Below, piece after piece: positions 31,530-42,325 of a stretch of 64,000 nt of DNA. Every line of letters starts with the position of its first letter. Within the stretch, counting starts at the first letter, position 1. Origin of the DNA: Bacillota bacterium (GTDB taxonomy: Bacteria > Bacillota > Ch66 > Ch109); contig JBMNLH010000005.1 of the NCBI GenBank assembly GCA_050952625.1, positions 74,636-138,635 on the forward strand. The letters run 5' to 3'. The notes beneath the pieces are model-generated. The model was not told the DNA's origin and did no database searches. It saw only the letters and a program-made list of their open reading frames with translations. Both the position numbers and the translations under genes were made by a program.

Positions 31530-32768
31530 TTATTTGTTGTCCCAGCCTAAGCCGGTCGGCCGGGTTATTAGACCGGTTCGGCGGATTTTACTGGCTACCT
31601 CGATTTGGACCGGAACCGCTGGCAATAATTCTGACCAGTTGTCTTTCATTTCCCGCCATTCCCCGGGGTATTTTCGGTGGATAGCTTCCCCAAAGCCAAA
31701 AACGTCCGCCCGGTATTCCTGCTGGGCCCGGGCCAGGGCTGCCTGGATTTCGGCTCGGATGGCCTCAGCCTGGAAATCTTCCAGGCTTCTAATTATTTCA
31801 GGTTGGTTTAAGTTAATATCGGTCCGGCTTTCTGCCACATTGCTTTCCACCTGAAGCTTCAGGGTCAGGGAAAGCTGACCGTTGCGGAGTTCCGGTTGCA
31901 GTTTGCTTTTGCAGCCTAGGATTTCCAGAGCAACCGGCTTTCCCTGACCCCCCGGAGCTGGAACTTGAATAGTGCCGCTCCTCACCTGGCCTCTTACCCA
32001 CAGAACTCCCCGGCTCTCGGTCGAATTCAACCACCCAGCCAGTTTATCCCCTTGGAAGACGGCAGTTCCGTTAACCAGCATGGTATGCTCGGGCTCCATG
32101 GCCGGTAGGGTATCGTTGGTGTGTTCCGGTTTATATGACAGGTTGGGCCTTAATTCAACGCCAGCGGTAAAGGGGTCGGTTCCTTCGCTTTCCAGCATCT
32201 CCAGGAAGTCACCCACTGGTTGGACCGCGTACTGGGAAGTAAGACCCCGATCTTTGATTATTCTGGCTAAGCGCATGGCTGGACCCGGATCTAATAAGCC
32301 GGGGGTATCCATCAGATTAACCAGGTCGCTTCGGCTGACCAGCAGCCAGGTATTTCGGCGTAATTCGTGGTCGCGTTCGAAAAAATCCAAAAGCTCCCGA
32401 ACTGAGCACTCCCGGACCAAACCTTCATCCAGGAGAATTACCTGGGTGTGGCCATAAAAAGGCCGGCGCGGCGATTCCCAGGTTATGCGGCGAATGGCTT
32501 CAAAGACGGTATCACCCTCAGCTTTGAGGTTGCGATAACTCTTTTGCTCTGCCGTAGTAACAAGGCCGCCAATTGCTCCGGCAACGGCTCTTGGATTGAG
32601 TACTTGGACGATAACCCGGATTTGTTCGGCCGGTGCTGGTTCTATTCCAATCCCACCGACAATGATCAATTGTTCTACTTCACGCCGATCCCAGCAGGCC
32701 GGTTGACTGCTGATAATCCCTAGGAGCAGGAGCAGCAGGAGCAGTTTTCTCCCCCAATTATTGGTCAT
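31530..32768 (-). CDS. Germination receptor C subunit lipoprotein, Ger(x)C
   Basis: Lipobox-like ACWDRREVE, G.TVFEAIR and DVFGFGE. Confidence 0.9.
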   Translation of the reverse strand: MTNNWGRKLLLLLLLLGIISSQPACWDRREVEQLIIVGGIGIEPAPAEQIRVIVQVLNPRAVAGAIGGLVTTAEQKSYRNLKAEGDTVFEAIRRITWESPRRPFYGHTQVILLDEGLVRECSVRELLDFFERDHELRRNTWLLVSRSDLVNLMDTPGLLDPGPAMRLARIIKDRGLTSQYAVQPVGDFLEMLESEGTDPFTAGVELRPNLSYKPEHTNDTLPAMEPEHTMLVNGTAVFQGDKLAGWLNSTESRGVLWVRGQVRSGTIQVPAPGGQGKPVALEILGCKSKLQPELRNGQLSLTLKLQVESNVAESRTDINLNQPEIIRSLEDFQAEAIRAEIQAALARAQQEYRADVFGFGEAIHRKYPGEWREMKDNWSELLPAVPVQIEVASKIRRTGLITRPTGLGWDNK

Positions 32769-34437
32769 TGTTATTTGTTTGCCCTCCTCTTCTTTTCTGA
32801 CCTTTATTCGGTTGAGCGGGAGAAGGTTTTAGCCCGGGGACCTGGCGTTGTTGGTTTGTTTTCGCAGTTTCAGTCGGCCGGCGGTTCATTGCCCATATGG
32901 GAGCGCGGATCAGGACATCTTTGAGGTCTGACCCATGAAGGGGGGCCAGGGGAGCCAAATAGGGCATGCCAAAAGAACGCAACCCGGCCAAATGAATCAG
33001 GACCGCCAGAAACCCAACGATTATTCCGAAGAGCCCCAGGATCCCGGCTAACAGCATAAAGCCAAAGCGCATCAGGCGCAGCGGAAAACTTATCGTAAAT
33101 ATAGGCATCATAAAGGAGGCAATGCCGGTCAAGGCCACGACAATAACCATCAGCGGCGAGACGATGCTGGCTTGGATTGCGGCTTGGCCGAGCACCAGAG
33201 CCCCGACAATGCTCACGGCTTGACCCACCTGCCGGGGCAGTCGGATGCCAGCTTCCCGTATGGCCTCAAAGGCCAGTTCCATGATCAAGGCCTCCAGCAA
33301 GGCCGGGAAAGGGACCCCTTCGCGGGCGGCAGCGATGCTGAGAAGTAGCCGGGTCGGGATCATCTCCTGGTGAAAGGTGGTAACCGCGATATACAGCGAT
33401 GGCAGCAGCAAGGCCGTGAACATTCCCAGATACCGCAGCCAACGAATCACTGTTGCATAAACAAATCGAGTCGAGTAGTCTTCCGGGGATTGCAATAAAA
33501 AGAAAAAGTCTGCCGGCACAATCAGCGCAAAAGGGGTCCCTTCGGTTAAGATCGCTACCCGGCCCTCTATCAAAGCTGACGCCACCATATCCGGTCGCTC
33601 CGTGTGAAGCACGGTTGGAAAGGGGGAAAAAGGCGCATCTTCGATCAGTTCTTCGAGTGCGCCGCTCTCTATGATCGCATCCAGGTCGATCCGCTGCAGC
33701 CGGCGTTTAACTTCCGCCACTAGATCCGGGGAAGTGATCCCTTTGATGTAGCTGATCATCACTGGGGTAGAGGTAACCCTGCCGATATTTAGACGTTCAA
33801 AGACCAGATTAGGGGACTGAACCCGGCGCCGAATCAAGGAAAGATTGGTTGAGAGGGTTTCCACGAAACCCTCTCGGGGGCCTCGAACCACGGTTTCGGA
33901 TGTGGGTTCTGTAATGTTCCGCGCACTCCATCCCTGTAAACCTAGGATCAGGGCAGTGTCTTGTCCGTCAATCAGGATGACTACTTTTCCGTAAAGAATG
34001 GCATTGACCAGTTCGGCCAGGTTGTGGGCCTCTTGTAAGTCCGTGGTGGTGACGATAAAATCTTTGACTAGTTTCAACAGGTTGGGCCGGTTGAGATGGT
34101 AGCCAACTTCCTGGGAAAAGAGCATCATGGGTTTTAAGACATCGTTATTGATCAGGGCCTTGTCGCACATACTTTCAATATGAATGATTGCTGCCTCGGT
34201 TTGCTCAGCCAGACCCAACCGAAACTGCCGAAAAATAACATCCGCGTTTTGGCCGAAGATCCGCTTTAGCCGGTCAAGGTTGACCAACAAGCTGGAAGAA
34301 ACAGTGATTTTGGCTAAATCTTCATTCCGGTAAACCCGACGATCCGGTTCGGTCTGGTTATTTGGTCGGGCGAGGTCCTCCTTTTTGTTAGCTTTTGGAA
34401 TTAATTTCCCAATCAATCTTTTGATCCTGGGCGACAT
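32758..34437 (-). CDS. Germination receptor A subunit (GerAA/GerKA)
   Basis: RGPREGFVE, TERPD, FHQEMIP, REGVPFP and EAGIRLP. Confidence 0.93.
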   Translation of the reverse strand: MSPRIKRLIGKLIPKANKKEDLARPNNQTEPDRRVYRNEDLAKITVSSSLLVNLDRLKRIFGQNADVIFRQFRLGLAEQTEAAIIHIESMCDKALINNDVLKPMMLFSQEVGYHLNRPNLLKLVKDFIVTTTDLQEAHNLAELVNAILYGKVVILIDGQDTALILGLQGWSARNITEPTSETVVRGPREGFVETLSTNLSLIRRRVQSPNLVFERLNIGRVTSTPVMISYIKGITSPDLVAEVKRRLQRIDLDAIIESGALEELIEDAPFSPFPTVLHTERPDMVASALIEGRVAILTEGTPFALIVPADFFFLLQSPEDYSTRFVYATVIRWLRYLGMFTALLLPSLYIAVTTFHQEMIPTRLLLSIAAAREGVPFPALLEALIMELAFEAIREAGIRLPRQVGQAVSIVGALVLGQAAIQASIVSPLMVIVVALTGIASFMMPIFTISFPLRLMRFGFMLLAGILGLFGIIVGFLAVLIHLAGLRSFGMPYLAPLAPLHGSDLKDVLIRAPIWAMNRRPTETAKTNQQRQVPGLKPSPAQPNKGQKRRGGQTNNNDQ

Positions 34438-34494
34438 TGGATAACCCTCTCTTTATTGAAATCGGGTAAACCGGGCAAAAGTGCCAATTAGTAT

Positions 34495-34525
34495 TAATAT
34501 TCTCCAAAAAGAGCCGGGAGTATCC
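34495..34525 (-). promoter_or_regulatory. SigF/SigG-type forespore promoter for the ger operon
   Basis: The reverse strand reads GGATA-N15-GGAGAATATTA, close to the SigF consensus GYWTA-N15-GGNRANANTW. Confidence 0.55.
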
Positions 34526-35147
34526 ATAACCGGGGGGACGGTTCTTCCGGCCGGTTGTTGCCACGGGGAAGGTTTTTCCGGCCGGGATAAAATTGGCACC
34601 GGTCGGTTGTGGGACAGGTTAAGTTCTTTAAGAACAATTACGCGCGTGTGATAACTCGGTCTGCCGGCTAGACGGGGAACGAACCTTGTTGCTTCGGATA
34701 GGACTTGTCTCCCCCTCTAGCCCCGCCATACGCTAACTGGGAACGAACCTTGTTGCTTCGGACAGGCATCAAACTCGTCCGGCGAGCTCAAACAGCGATA
34801 CCAGCTGATCCTCAGCCAGCTCTGTTCCTTGTGTAAGCTGCCAATCGCTGACCTGCGTTAAACCATGGCTCGATCATGGTTTTTCCTGTTCTGGACAGCG
34901 TACGAAGCGGCATGGGGGTCTAATAAGACGTTGTTTCTATCAGTCACATGGTCGGGGTAAAGGAGTAGAAACGGATTCTGGGGTTTAATAAGATGTTTTT
35001 CTATCAGTTTTGAAAGTTGGGCAATTGAGTGCATGAACTCAAAAATAGGTCTTTGGTCCCGATCAAACTGCTAGTATTTTGACTGTTTTTGTCGTATTAT
35101 ACATTGCAGGGTATTAAGATTAATAATTAACGTGGATAATATTGTAA

Positions 35148-35248
35148 CAAAATAAATGGGCAGCGTATTCGAAAGAATACTACGCAAAGCTACGGGTCTA
35201 AGGTTTTAGGTCTTAACCTGAGGCTATGATCGCCGGGCTGCATTACAC
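35148..35248 (+). ncRNA. Cyclic di-GMP-I (GEMM) riboswitch
   Basis: GGGCAGC-GTATTC-GAAA-GAATAC-TACGCAAAGCTACGGGTCTAAGG...CTATGATCGCCGGGCTGC, with GNRA tetraloop and receptor; lies upstream of an MCP gene. Confidence 0.88.
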
Positions 35249-35285
35249 CATCGCTTTAATTCACTGGACATGAATTAAAGGTCTG

Positions 35286-35310
35286 CCCGTTTGGATAAAC
35301 GGGTTTTTTT
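35286..35310 (+). terminator. Riboswitch expression-platform terminator
   Basis: cccgttt-ggat-aaacggg followed by T7. The left arm CTGCCCGTTT is complementary to aptamer bases AAATGGGCAG. Confidence 0.8.
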
Positions 35311-35542
35311 AATAACTACTTAAACACTGGAGGTGAAACACTACGGCTGTCTAGCAGTATCTTGATCTACTCTTACTTTTTCTCGGGGATAGACGATATC
35401 CATGCCACATCTGTATAGCAATATCATTGATCTACTCTTACTCCTACGGAACTTCGGCTTCCACGCATACAAAAAGTCTAGCAACTTTATGATCATGATT
35501 GACTCTTACTGGGTTTAAAATTAAATAAGGGAGAGGAATATT

Positions 35543-37534
35543 TTGTTTAATCTAGGGAAAATGAGCGTTAAGTTCAAACTCCTGCTACCTGTCTTAATAT
35601 TGGTCATATTATGTTTGAGTATTATGGGGGTTTTAAATTATCAGGCGGCCAGAAATCTTTTAACGACTCAGATGGGGGAGCAAATCTTAAAAATAGCTGT
35701 GGCACAGTCAGAGAATATTGATAACTGGCTGAAGATCCGGCTGGCTGAGGTTGAGACTCTGGCCAATACTGGGATAGTTAGGAGCATGGATCTAACCCAG
35801 ATCGAACCGGGACTGGTTAAACACCATGAGCGTTTGCAGGAATACTATGAACTGCTGTACGTTGCCGAGCCGAATGGTATCTGCCACCTTAGCTCCGGAG
35901 GGGAGAATAACATTGCAGACCGGGACTACTTCCAGCAGGCTATGGCCGGTAAAACACTGGTGTCGGACCCGGTAATCTCCAAAGCCACCGGCAACCCGAT
36001 CGTGGTCGCGATCGCGCCAATTAAAAATGACAGCGGACAGGTTATCGGGGCTTTCGGGGGAGTTGTGCTGATTGATACCTTGAACCGGATGGTTTTAGAC
36101 GTGAAGGTCGGCCAAACCGGTTATGCCTATATGATGCAGCGGGACGGACTAACCCTGGTTCACCCGGATAAGGACTGGGTCCTGAAACGAAATCCGCTCC
36201 AAGAAGCGGGCACGGATAAATCCTTGGTCGATATCCTGACGCGCATGACTAAGGGTGAGACCGGTCACGGGTATTATACCTGGGAGGGTGACGAAAAACT
36301 GATCAGCTTTGCTCCCGTGAAAACAACCGGGTGGGGTTTGGCAGTTACGGTACCCAGCCAAGAAATCAATGAAAGTGTTAGTACCCTGGCCAAGAATACG
36401 CTAATTATTGGGCTGGTTTGTCTGGTGGTGCTGGGCTTAGCCATCTTCTTTATGGTACAGCTAACCTTAAAACCATTACAACGGCTAGCTGAAGTGAGCA
36501 GCCGAATCGCTGAGGGAGATTTAGCGCAGCAGGTAGAAGTAAAGTCGACCGACGAGATCGGCCAATTGGCGGAGAACTTTAACGGCATGGTCAATAACCT
36601 GCGCCGTTTAGTAGAGCGGATCAGTACTATGACCGGGCAAGTGGCGGATGCCTCGGAGCAACTAGCTGAGGCAGCCGGGGAGTCCGGGAAAGCGACAGAG
36701 CAGGTCGCCCTCAGTATGGGTGAATTGGCCAAAGGAACCGCTAATGAGGCAGAACTTACCCAGGATACTGCCCGAGTGGTGAATGATATGGCCCAAGCCC
36801 TGCGGCAGGTAGAAAGTGGAGCCCAACAGGTTAACGGGGTCTCCCGGCAGCTAAAAACTGTCGTTGAGGAAGGAATGGAGGCCGTCAGTGATCTGGGCAG
36901 TAAAATGGCGGAAAGTGTTCGGTCTTCTGAAGGGGTCGGCGTAGCCATTCAGGATCTAGATCAGTGCTCCAAAGAGATCGGACAAATAGTTGAGGTCATC
37001 ACCAATATTGCCGGCCAAACTAATTTGCTGGCCTTGAACGCAGCCATAGAGGCGGCTCGAGCGGGTGAACAAGGCCGCGGCTTTGCGGTGGTTGCTGATG
37101 AGGTGCGGAAATTGGCTGAGGGTTCGGCTCAGGCTGCCAATCAGATTGCCCAGCTTATCCAGGATATTCAGAAAGGAACCGAAACCGCAGTCAATGAGGT
37201 AACCAACGCCATCGCAGTGATTAAGGCGCAGGAGCAGGCGGTGAGCGTCACTGAGAACTTGTTCGGCAATGTTGAAAAAGGAGCCGGATCCATTGAATTG
37301 GAGATAAATTCTGCTATCGCGGCCATTAATCAGTTGAGCACCCAGGCTCAGCGAATCGTCCAGGCCGTGGAAAGCATCTCGGCGATTACCCAGCAATCAG
37401 CTGCCTCCGCTGAAGAAGTTTCAGCCATTACCGAGGAGCAAACTGCTTCCGCCCAGATGATTGCCGCCTCGGCGCAAAACATCGCTGATCTGGTTAAAGA
37501 TTTAGAAAAAGCAGTCGCCCAATTCAAACTCTAG
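35543..37534 (+). CDS. Methyl-accepting chemotaxis protein (dCache-HAMP-MA)
   Basis: Two TM segments, DRDYFQQA..G...VSDP and [35 protein letters not shown]. Confidence 0.95.
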   Translation: MFNLGKMSVKFKLLLPVLILVILCLSIMGVLNYQAARNLLTTQMGEQILKIAVAQSENIDNWLKIRLAEVETLANTGIVRSMDLTQIEPGLVKHHERLQEYYELLYVAEPNGICHLSSGGENNIADRDYFQQAMAGKTLVSDPVISKATGNPIVVAIAPIKNDSGQVIGAFGGVVLIDTLNRMVLDVKVGQTGYAYMMQRDGLTLVHPDKDWVLKRNPLQEAGTDKSLVDILTRMTKGETGHGYYTWEGDEKLISFAPVKTTGWGLAVTVPSQEINESVSTLAKNTLIIGLVCLVVLGLAIFFMVQLTLKPLQRLAEVSSRIAEGDLAQQVEVKSTDEIGQLAENFNGMVNNLRRLVERISTMTGQVADASEQLAEAAGESGKATEQVALSMGELAKGTANEAELTQDTARVVNDMAQALRQVESGAQQVNGVSRQLKTVVEEGMEAVSDLGSKMAESVRSSEGVGVAIQDLDQCSKEIGQIVEVITNIAGQTNLLALNAAIEAARAGEQGRGFAVVADEVRKLAEGSAQAANQIAQLIQDIQKGTETAVNEVTNAIAVIKAQEQAVSVTENLFGNVEKGAGSIELEINSAIAAINQLSTQAQRIVQAVESISAITQQSAASAEEVSAITEEQTASAQMIAASAQNIADLVKDLEKAVAQFKL

Positions 37535-37799
37535 CCACATCAGCCCAGTAGCCCAGCAGCCAAAGGGACGGTTCTTGTGGCAGGGAGCAGGGGGGACGGG
37601 CTAGCCAAAGGGACGGTTCTTGTGGGAAGGAAGCCGGGACGACTCCCCGACTTCCTCTATGAAACAGATGACCGAATGCAGCTGGATGATCGAGCAGCTG
37701 ACCAAGCTGCCCCCGACTTCCTCATATGAAACAGATAACCAAGACCAAGGAATCTTCAGTAAGCCAAAACCAGGTTCCCCAGCTTCCTCTTATGAAACT

Positions 37800-39405
37800 C
37801 ACTAGTGTTGCATTAAATTTTTTAACAAAGCACTAAGTAGTTCATTATCATAAATGCTTAATAAATATACATGTTAATTACCATAATATAACTGGTCCTA
37901 TAAGAAAAAACTCCTTATAATAGAGATGTACAGGTAGTCCTGTCCATAATCTCTAAGATAAGGAGATCCCACTTATGGACAAGGATACCAAAAAATCTGC
38001 ATTTCGTGAATGCCTTGAGCCTATATTTGTATCTAGTTTTCAAAAGCTACTTAAAACCTGGGACATTGACAAGTACGTCAAAAAGCTGTTCGCTAATAAC
38101 TTTATCCTTTTAATGCTTTACGCCCAGATTGATTGCCTTGACAGTTTGCGCCATACGAGTCAGATATTGAAGGATAGTGAAAAACTTCAGGAACTTATTG
38201 GAATAACTTCTATAAGTGCATCACAGCTATCCAGAAAACTCAGAGAAATGTCAACCGAAGTTCTTGAAAAATTGTTTACTGAACTCGTAAAGGAGCTAGA
38301 AGCAACAATTGGTCATAAAGCAATGAGTCATCGTCTTAAAAGGATTTTCTTGGTGGATGCCTCGGTGATTAGCTTTTGTCTCTCCAATCACCTTTGGGCA
38401 ACCTACCGGAAAACTAAGGCCGGAGTCAAGCTTCACCTAAAACTAGCCTTTTATCCTGAAGTCGGGGTTTATCCTTATACGGCAATTATCACAACCGCTA
38501 AAGGTAACGACCGGACTCAAATGGATAACTTGGTCGTTGAAGAATCTGGAGATGCGCTTTACGTTTTTGACCGAGGTTACATTGATTACGAGAAGTTCGA
38601 CAGCTATTGTGATAATAACAACCAGATCCGGTTTGTCAGCCGTTTAAAATCAAATGCGGTCAAGGAGTTAATCCTAGAGCAAAAGATCCTGGTTGATAAT
38701 GAATGGGCACTGGAGCGAATTGTTCGTCTGGGCAGACCGGGAGTTAACCAAATGAAACATCCTCTACGGTTAATTGAAACCCGGGATACTCAAGGAAATG
38801 CCGTCACGATTGTAACCAATAACTTTGAATTAACTGCCCAAGAAATCAGTGATATTTACCGGAACCGGTGGGCAATTGAACTATTTTTTAAATGGGTGAA
38901 GCAACATCTCAAGGTCAAAAAGTTTTATGGTAATAGCGAGAATGCCGTAAAGAATCAGATTTGGCTAGCCCTCATATCCTTTTGTTTGATGACATTACTC
39001 CAATCAAAGGTAAAGTTCTCGGGAGAGCTCTTGAGTCTTCAACGTCTTCTACAATCTTGTGGATATGATTCTTTAGAACTTTTCCTCGACAAGTTGTTTA
39101 GGCCACCAGCTCGTAAATCTAATGGTGGAAGGCGAAAGAATACATGGGAACAGGAATTCTGGCGGCTTAACGAAGAAACATTGCTTTATGGGACTAGTAT
39201 TCTAGATGAAATGACCCTGGATCTTATTTAACAAAATTAGGCAACGAAATGTGGCACAGGACTATCTTTAATTGATCACTTGCTTTTTAACATTTACAGG
39301 AAAAATCCTGTTCAGAATATTCAATCTTCGTCTATTTAGCCCTATATATAAGCCAGTGTAAAATGCACTTAGAAGAAATGGGTTAAATTTTATGCATCAC
39401 TAATG
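37800..39405 (+). mobile_element. Complete IS4-family insertion sequence with 21-bp TIRs and 9-bp target duplication
   Basis: Left end CACTAGTGTTGCATTAAATTT versus reverse-complemented right end CATTAGTGATGCATAAAATTT (18/21). TATGAAACT is duplicated at 37791-37799 and 39406-39414. Lower GC than the flanks. Confidence 0.92.
37975..39231 (+). CDS. IS4-family DDE transposase
   Basis: LVDAS, GVKLH, VFDRGY and YRNRWAIELFFKWVKQHL (YREK motif). Confidence 0.93.
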   Translation: MDKDTKKSAFRECLEPIFVSSFQKLLKTWDIDKYVKKLFANNFILLMLYAQIDCLDSLRHTSQILKDSEKLQELIGITSISASQLSRKLREMSTEVLEKLFTELVKELEATIGHKAMSHRLKRIFLVDASVISFCLSNHLWATYRKTKAGVKLHLKLAFYPEVGVYPYTAIITTAKGNDRTQMDNLVVEESGDALYVFDRGYIDYEKFDSYCDNNNQIRFVSRLKSNAVKELILEQKILVDNEWALERIVRLGRPGVNQMKHPLRLIETRDTQGNAVTIVTNNFELTAQEISDIYRNRWAIELFFKWVKQHLKVKKFYGNSENAVKNQIWLALISFCLMTLLQSKVKFSGELLSLQRLLQSCGYDSLELFLDKLFRPPARKSNGGRRKNTWEQEFWRLNEETLLYGTSILDEMTLDLI

Positions 39406-39774
39406 TATGAAACTATGAAAACAGATATGTATTTTGAGCAGAAAAGAACGAACTTATTGGTTTTGCTTGACACTCCTCAAGGCTGAAGTCAGGCACTTGA
39501 CGACCTATTTTGCTAATAGTAACCAACTTGTCCGAATTCAGTTTCCGGAGTAACTGAGCAGTGAAAAAGGAAATCGAGCAGATGTTGAGGAAGGCAACTT
39601 CCAGGAATTAACAAAGCAGAAGTCTAAAAGGCCTGGTAGAGTATTAATCTATCGGGTCATTTGTTTTTCAAAGGAGGCACGAAGATTAAGGGGATGCGAG
39701 CACCATCCTGGTTTCTCCCTCAAGATTCAGGCGGTAGGAGAACGGTTCTTGTGCTCCCATATCCCCTTATCCCT

Positions 39775-39857
39775 TTATCTCTCTATCTCTCTATTTCTCT
39801 ATCTCTCTGTTTCTCTATCTCTCTGTTTCTCTATCTCTCTGTTTCTCTATCTCTCTA
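39775..39857. repeat. Pyrimidine-rich tandem repeat (16-bp unit TTTCTCTATCTCTCTG, about 4-5 copies) abutting a triple REP cluster
   Basis: Read directly from the sequence. Confidence 0.85.
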
Positions 39858-40088
39858 CGAGAACCGTCCCCGTGGCTGGGTGCATCTCTCCATCTCGCCA
39901 CGAGAACCGTCCCCGTGGCTGCCGCGAGAACCGTCCCCTTGGCTGGGTTCGCCTGCTTTTCTTTTTCCAGGTGTTAGCTGAGCAAAGATTTCATATACTT
40001 GTTTTAGGTAATAATCCAGAAGCAAAAGGGATGTTACAAGCGGCGAAGACGGGTTTGGGGCCGGTTGTATGATTAAGGGGGTAATAAT

Positions 40089-41168
40089 ATGAGATTTGGT
40101 CGGATTAAAAATGTCTACCCCGGGGGTAATACGGTCCGGGGCTTTTTCTCCCTTTATGATTCAGCCTTGCAAAATTTGCAGCGACTCTATATCCTCAAAG
40201 GCGGGCCGGGTACCGGCAAATCGACCCTGATCCGTCAGGTGGGGCTGGCCATGGTTGACCGCGGCTATGATACTGAATTTCTACATTGTTCTTCAGATAA
40301 CCGTTCCTTGGATGGGGTGATTGTCCCGGCAATTGGGGTGGGGATTGTGGATGGTACTGCACCGCATATAATTGATCCAAAGTACCCCGGAGCGGTTGAT
40401 CAGATCATTAATCTGGGGGAGTGTTGGCATGAGGAGTACTTGCAGGAACACCGTAAGGAAATCGTGGATATTACTACTCAAATCAGCGGGCACTTTAGTC
40501 AAGCCTATAAAATTTTGAAAAAGGCCAAGGAGATTGAAGAGGAATGGGAGGGTCTGGTGGCTGAGGCCATGGATTTTTCGCGGCTTGATCAGCAGACAGA
40601 GAGCTTGCTGGCGGAGGTCTTCGAACTTTCACCCCCGGTGCGGCACCTGTTTGCCGGAGCCTTGACCCCTGAAGGAACAGTCAATTATATTGAAAATTTG
40701 ACTGAAGATTGCACGCGTCGAATTATTCTTCGAGGACAACCGGGCAGCGGTAAATCAACTATAATCAGTAAGGTGGCGCAGATTGCCCAGCAAAGGGGAT
40801 TTGGGATTGAAGTTTTTCATTGCGCCTTTGACCCAGATAGCCTGGATATGGTGATAATTCCTTACCTCAAAACAGCGGTGCTTGACGGCAGCCCGCCGCA
40901 CGTGATTGAAGCCAGCCGACCGGGTGACCGGATCATTGATTTAATGGAATTCGCGGCTGAGTCCGTTCTAGAAGAACGGAAAGTAGCTTTAGCTGAGAAA
41001 AAACTGGAATTTGAGGAGGCGATCAGTGCGGCAGTAGCCGAGATAAACCGGGCTAAGAAGGCTCATGACCAGTTAGAGGCGATCTATATTGAGGCGATGG
41101 ATTATGATGAGTTAGATGCGGTGCGGGAGCAGGTCCTAAATAAGGTTTTGCAGTTAGCCACTAAATAG
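40089..41168 (+). CDS. PRK06851-family tandem P-loop ATPase
   Basis: GGPGTGKS and GQPGSGKS Walker A motifs, HCSSD..SLDGV and DGTAPH. Confidence 0.85.
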   Translation: MRFGRIKNVYPGGNTVRGFFSLYDSALQNLQRLYILKGGPGTGKSTLIRQVGLAMVDRGYDTEFLHCSSDNRSLDGVIVPAIGVGIVDGTAPHIIDPKYPGAVDQIINLGECWHEEYLQEHRKEIVDITTQISGHFSQAYKILKKAKEIEEEWEGLVAEAMDFSRLDQQTESLLAEVFELSPPVRHLFAGALTPEGTVNYIENLTEDCTRRIILRGQPGSGKSTIISKVAQIAQQRGFGIEVFHCAFDPDSLDMVIIPYLKTAVLDGSPPHVIEASRPGDRIIDLMEFAAESVLEERKVALAEKKLEFEEAISAAVAEINRAKKAHDQLEAIYIEAMDYDELDAVREQVLNKVLQLATK

Positions 41169-41605
41169 GGAAGGGGGACAAAACCTTATTTTGCACGAAT
41201 CTTAAAAGCCTTGATACCGGCGGTTTTAAAACAAACCTGAATCCGTGGCACACGTAAAAAACTTGTTTAAATTTCCCCAAAATCAGGTATTCATATGATC
41301 ACTTCTCTAATATATGACTTTTAGTTTCAAACAAAACAATTAAATACAATGACCGAATGGTCGCGGTATGTTTTAACTGCGTCACAGCCGAGAATAGGTT
41401 ATACTGAACAGTAGTGGGACAACTTATTTTTTTGATGAAGCCCTAATTAAACCATATTTTCTATATTTTGTAATTAATATTAAGCAAATAGCGGATTACA
41501 TTGATGGTCGTGCTGGTATCCCCGGAACACCGGGAATATTATCTGCTGAACTTCTGAGAACATTTTTTATATAAAGAGGTTATCAGAATAAGGGGAGGGT
41601 AGCGT

Positions 41606-42325
41606 TTGAGTAAATTAATTGTCCTATTTATTGCTGGTTTTATTGGACTATCGCTTCGTTACATAATTTTAGGAGATTTTGAAATTGATCAACTGCTATC
41701 GTTGCTTTTATTCCCTGCTGGTTCTATGCTGGTATTTTTTATTCTGAAATGGCAGTATAACAAAGATCGCGATTTTCAACCCAACCAAAGTAAAAACAAA
41801 ATGGTTACTCGCTTAGGCGATAGGGTTTCGACAACGCCTAAACAAATGTACCGAGATAAGGTCCATATTGGATCTTATCATCGATTTTACAATAAATGGT
41901 GGCAGCGGATCATTGCGGATATATTTGATGATCCAGGTCGCTGGTATCTTAATCTAATATTTACATTGCACAGCGGTGATCGGGCTGTTATTAAAGGCGA
42001 AAATGATAATAAAATTATCGGGAACATTGCATGGGTTATTTATAAGAATGATAAAGAGGTAGGAACGATTAGTACCGATTATTCCGTAAAAAATGCAATA
42101 AAATTTCTAGAAAGTCTTCATCTTCAATATGGCAATAATACATATCATTTTAGGTCGTATAGTTTACGATCAAAAACAGAAATTTACTATGATAATTACG
42201 TTATTGCTACAGGTGAAAGAGCAGAAGGGGCCGTTTATGAATTAACAATTGACCCGGCCTTTAAACATGATTGGGACATGCTATTTATGGTTTATATTTT
42301 GTTTAATTATAATTTTAGTCAATAA
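41606..42325 (+). CDS. Low-GC hypothetical membrane protein
   Basis: Two N-terminal TM segments, GGGGAGG RBS, AT-rich composition; the C-terminal beta-rich domain is not identified. Confidence 0.7.
   Translation: MSKLIVLFIAGFIGLSLRYIILGDFEIDQLLSLLLFPAGSMLVFFILKWQYNKDRDFQPNQSKNKMVTRLGDRVSTTPKQMYRDKVHIGSYHRFYNKWWQRIIADIFDDPGRWYLNLIFTLHSGDRAVIKGENDNKIIGNIAWVIYKNDKEVGTISTDYSVKNAIKFLESLHLQYGNNTYHFRSYSLRSKTEIYYDNYVIATGERAEGAVYELTIDPAFKHDWDMLFMVYILFNYNFSQ

Noticed and set aside
37645-37799. Calling this or the other scars a bona fide CRISPR array
   Set aside because: Only 2-3 imperfect repeats per locus, different repeats at each locus, no palindrome or leader, and no cas genes in the window. Reported as findings rather than CRISPR features.
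39661-40072. ORFs 39661..39981 and 39749..40072
   Set aside because: They are translations of the CT-rich tandem repeat and REP cluster (SLSL..., EPSPW), not plausible proteins.
41350-41425. NiCo riboswitch-like ending (AACAG..GTGGGACA)
   Set aside because: The 5' CTGAGCAGG segment and four-way junction stems cannot be identified, and the downstream gene is not a recognisable metal transporter.
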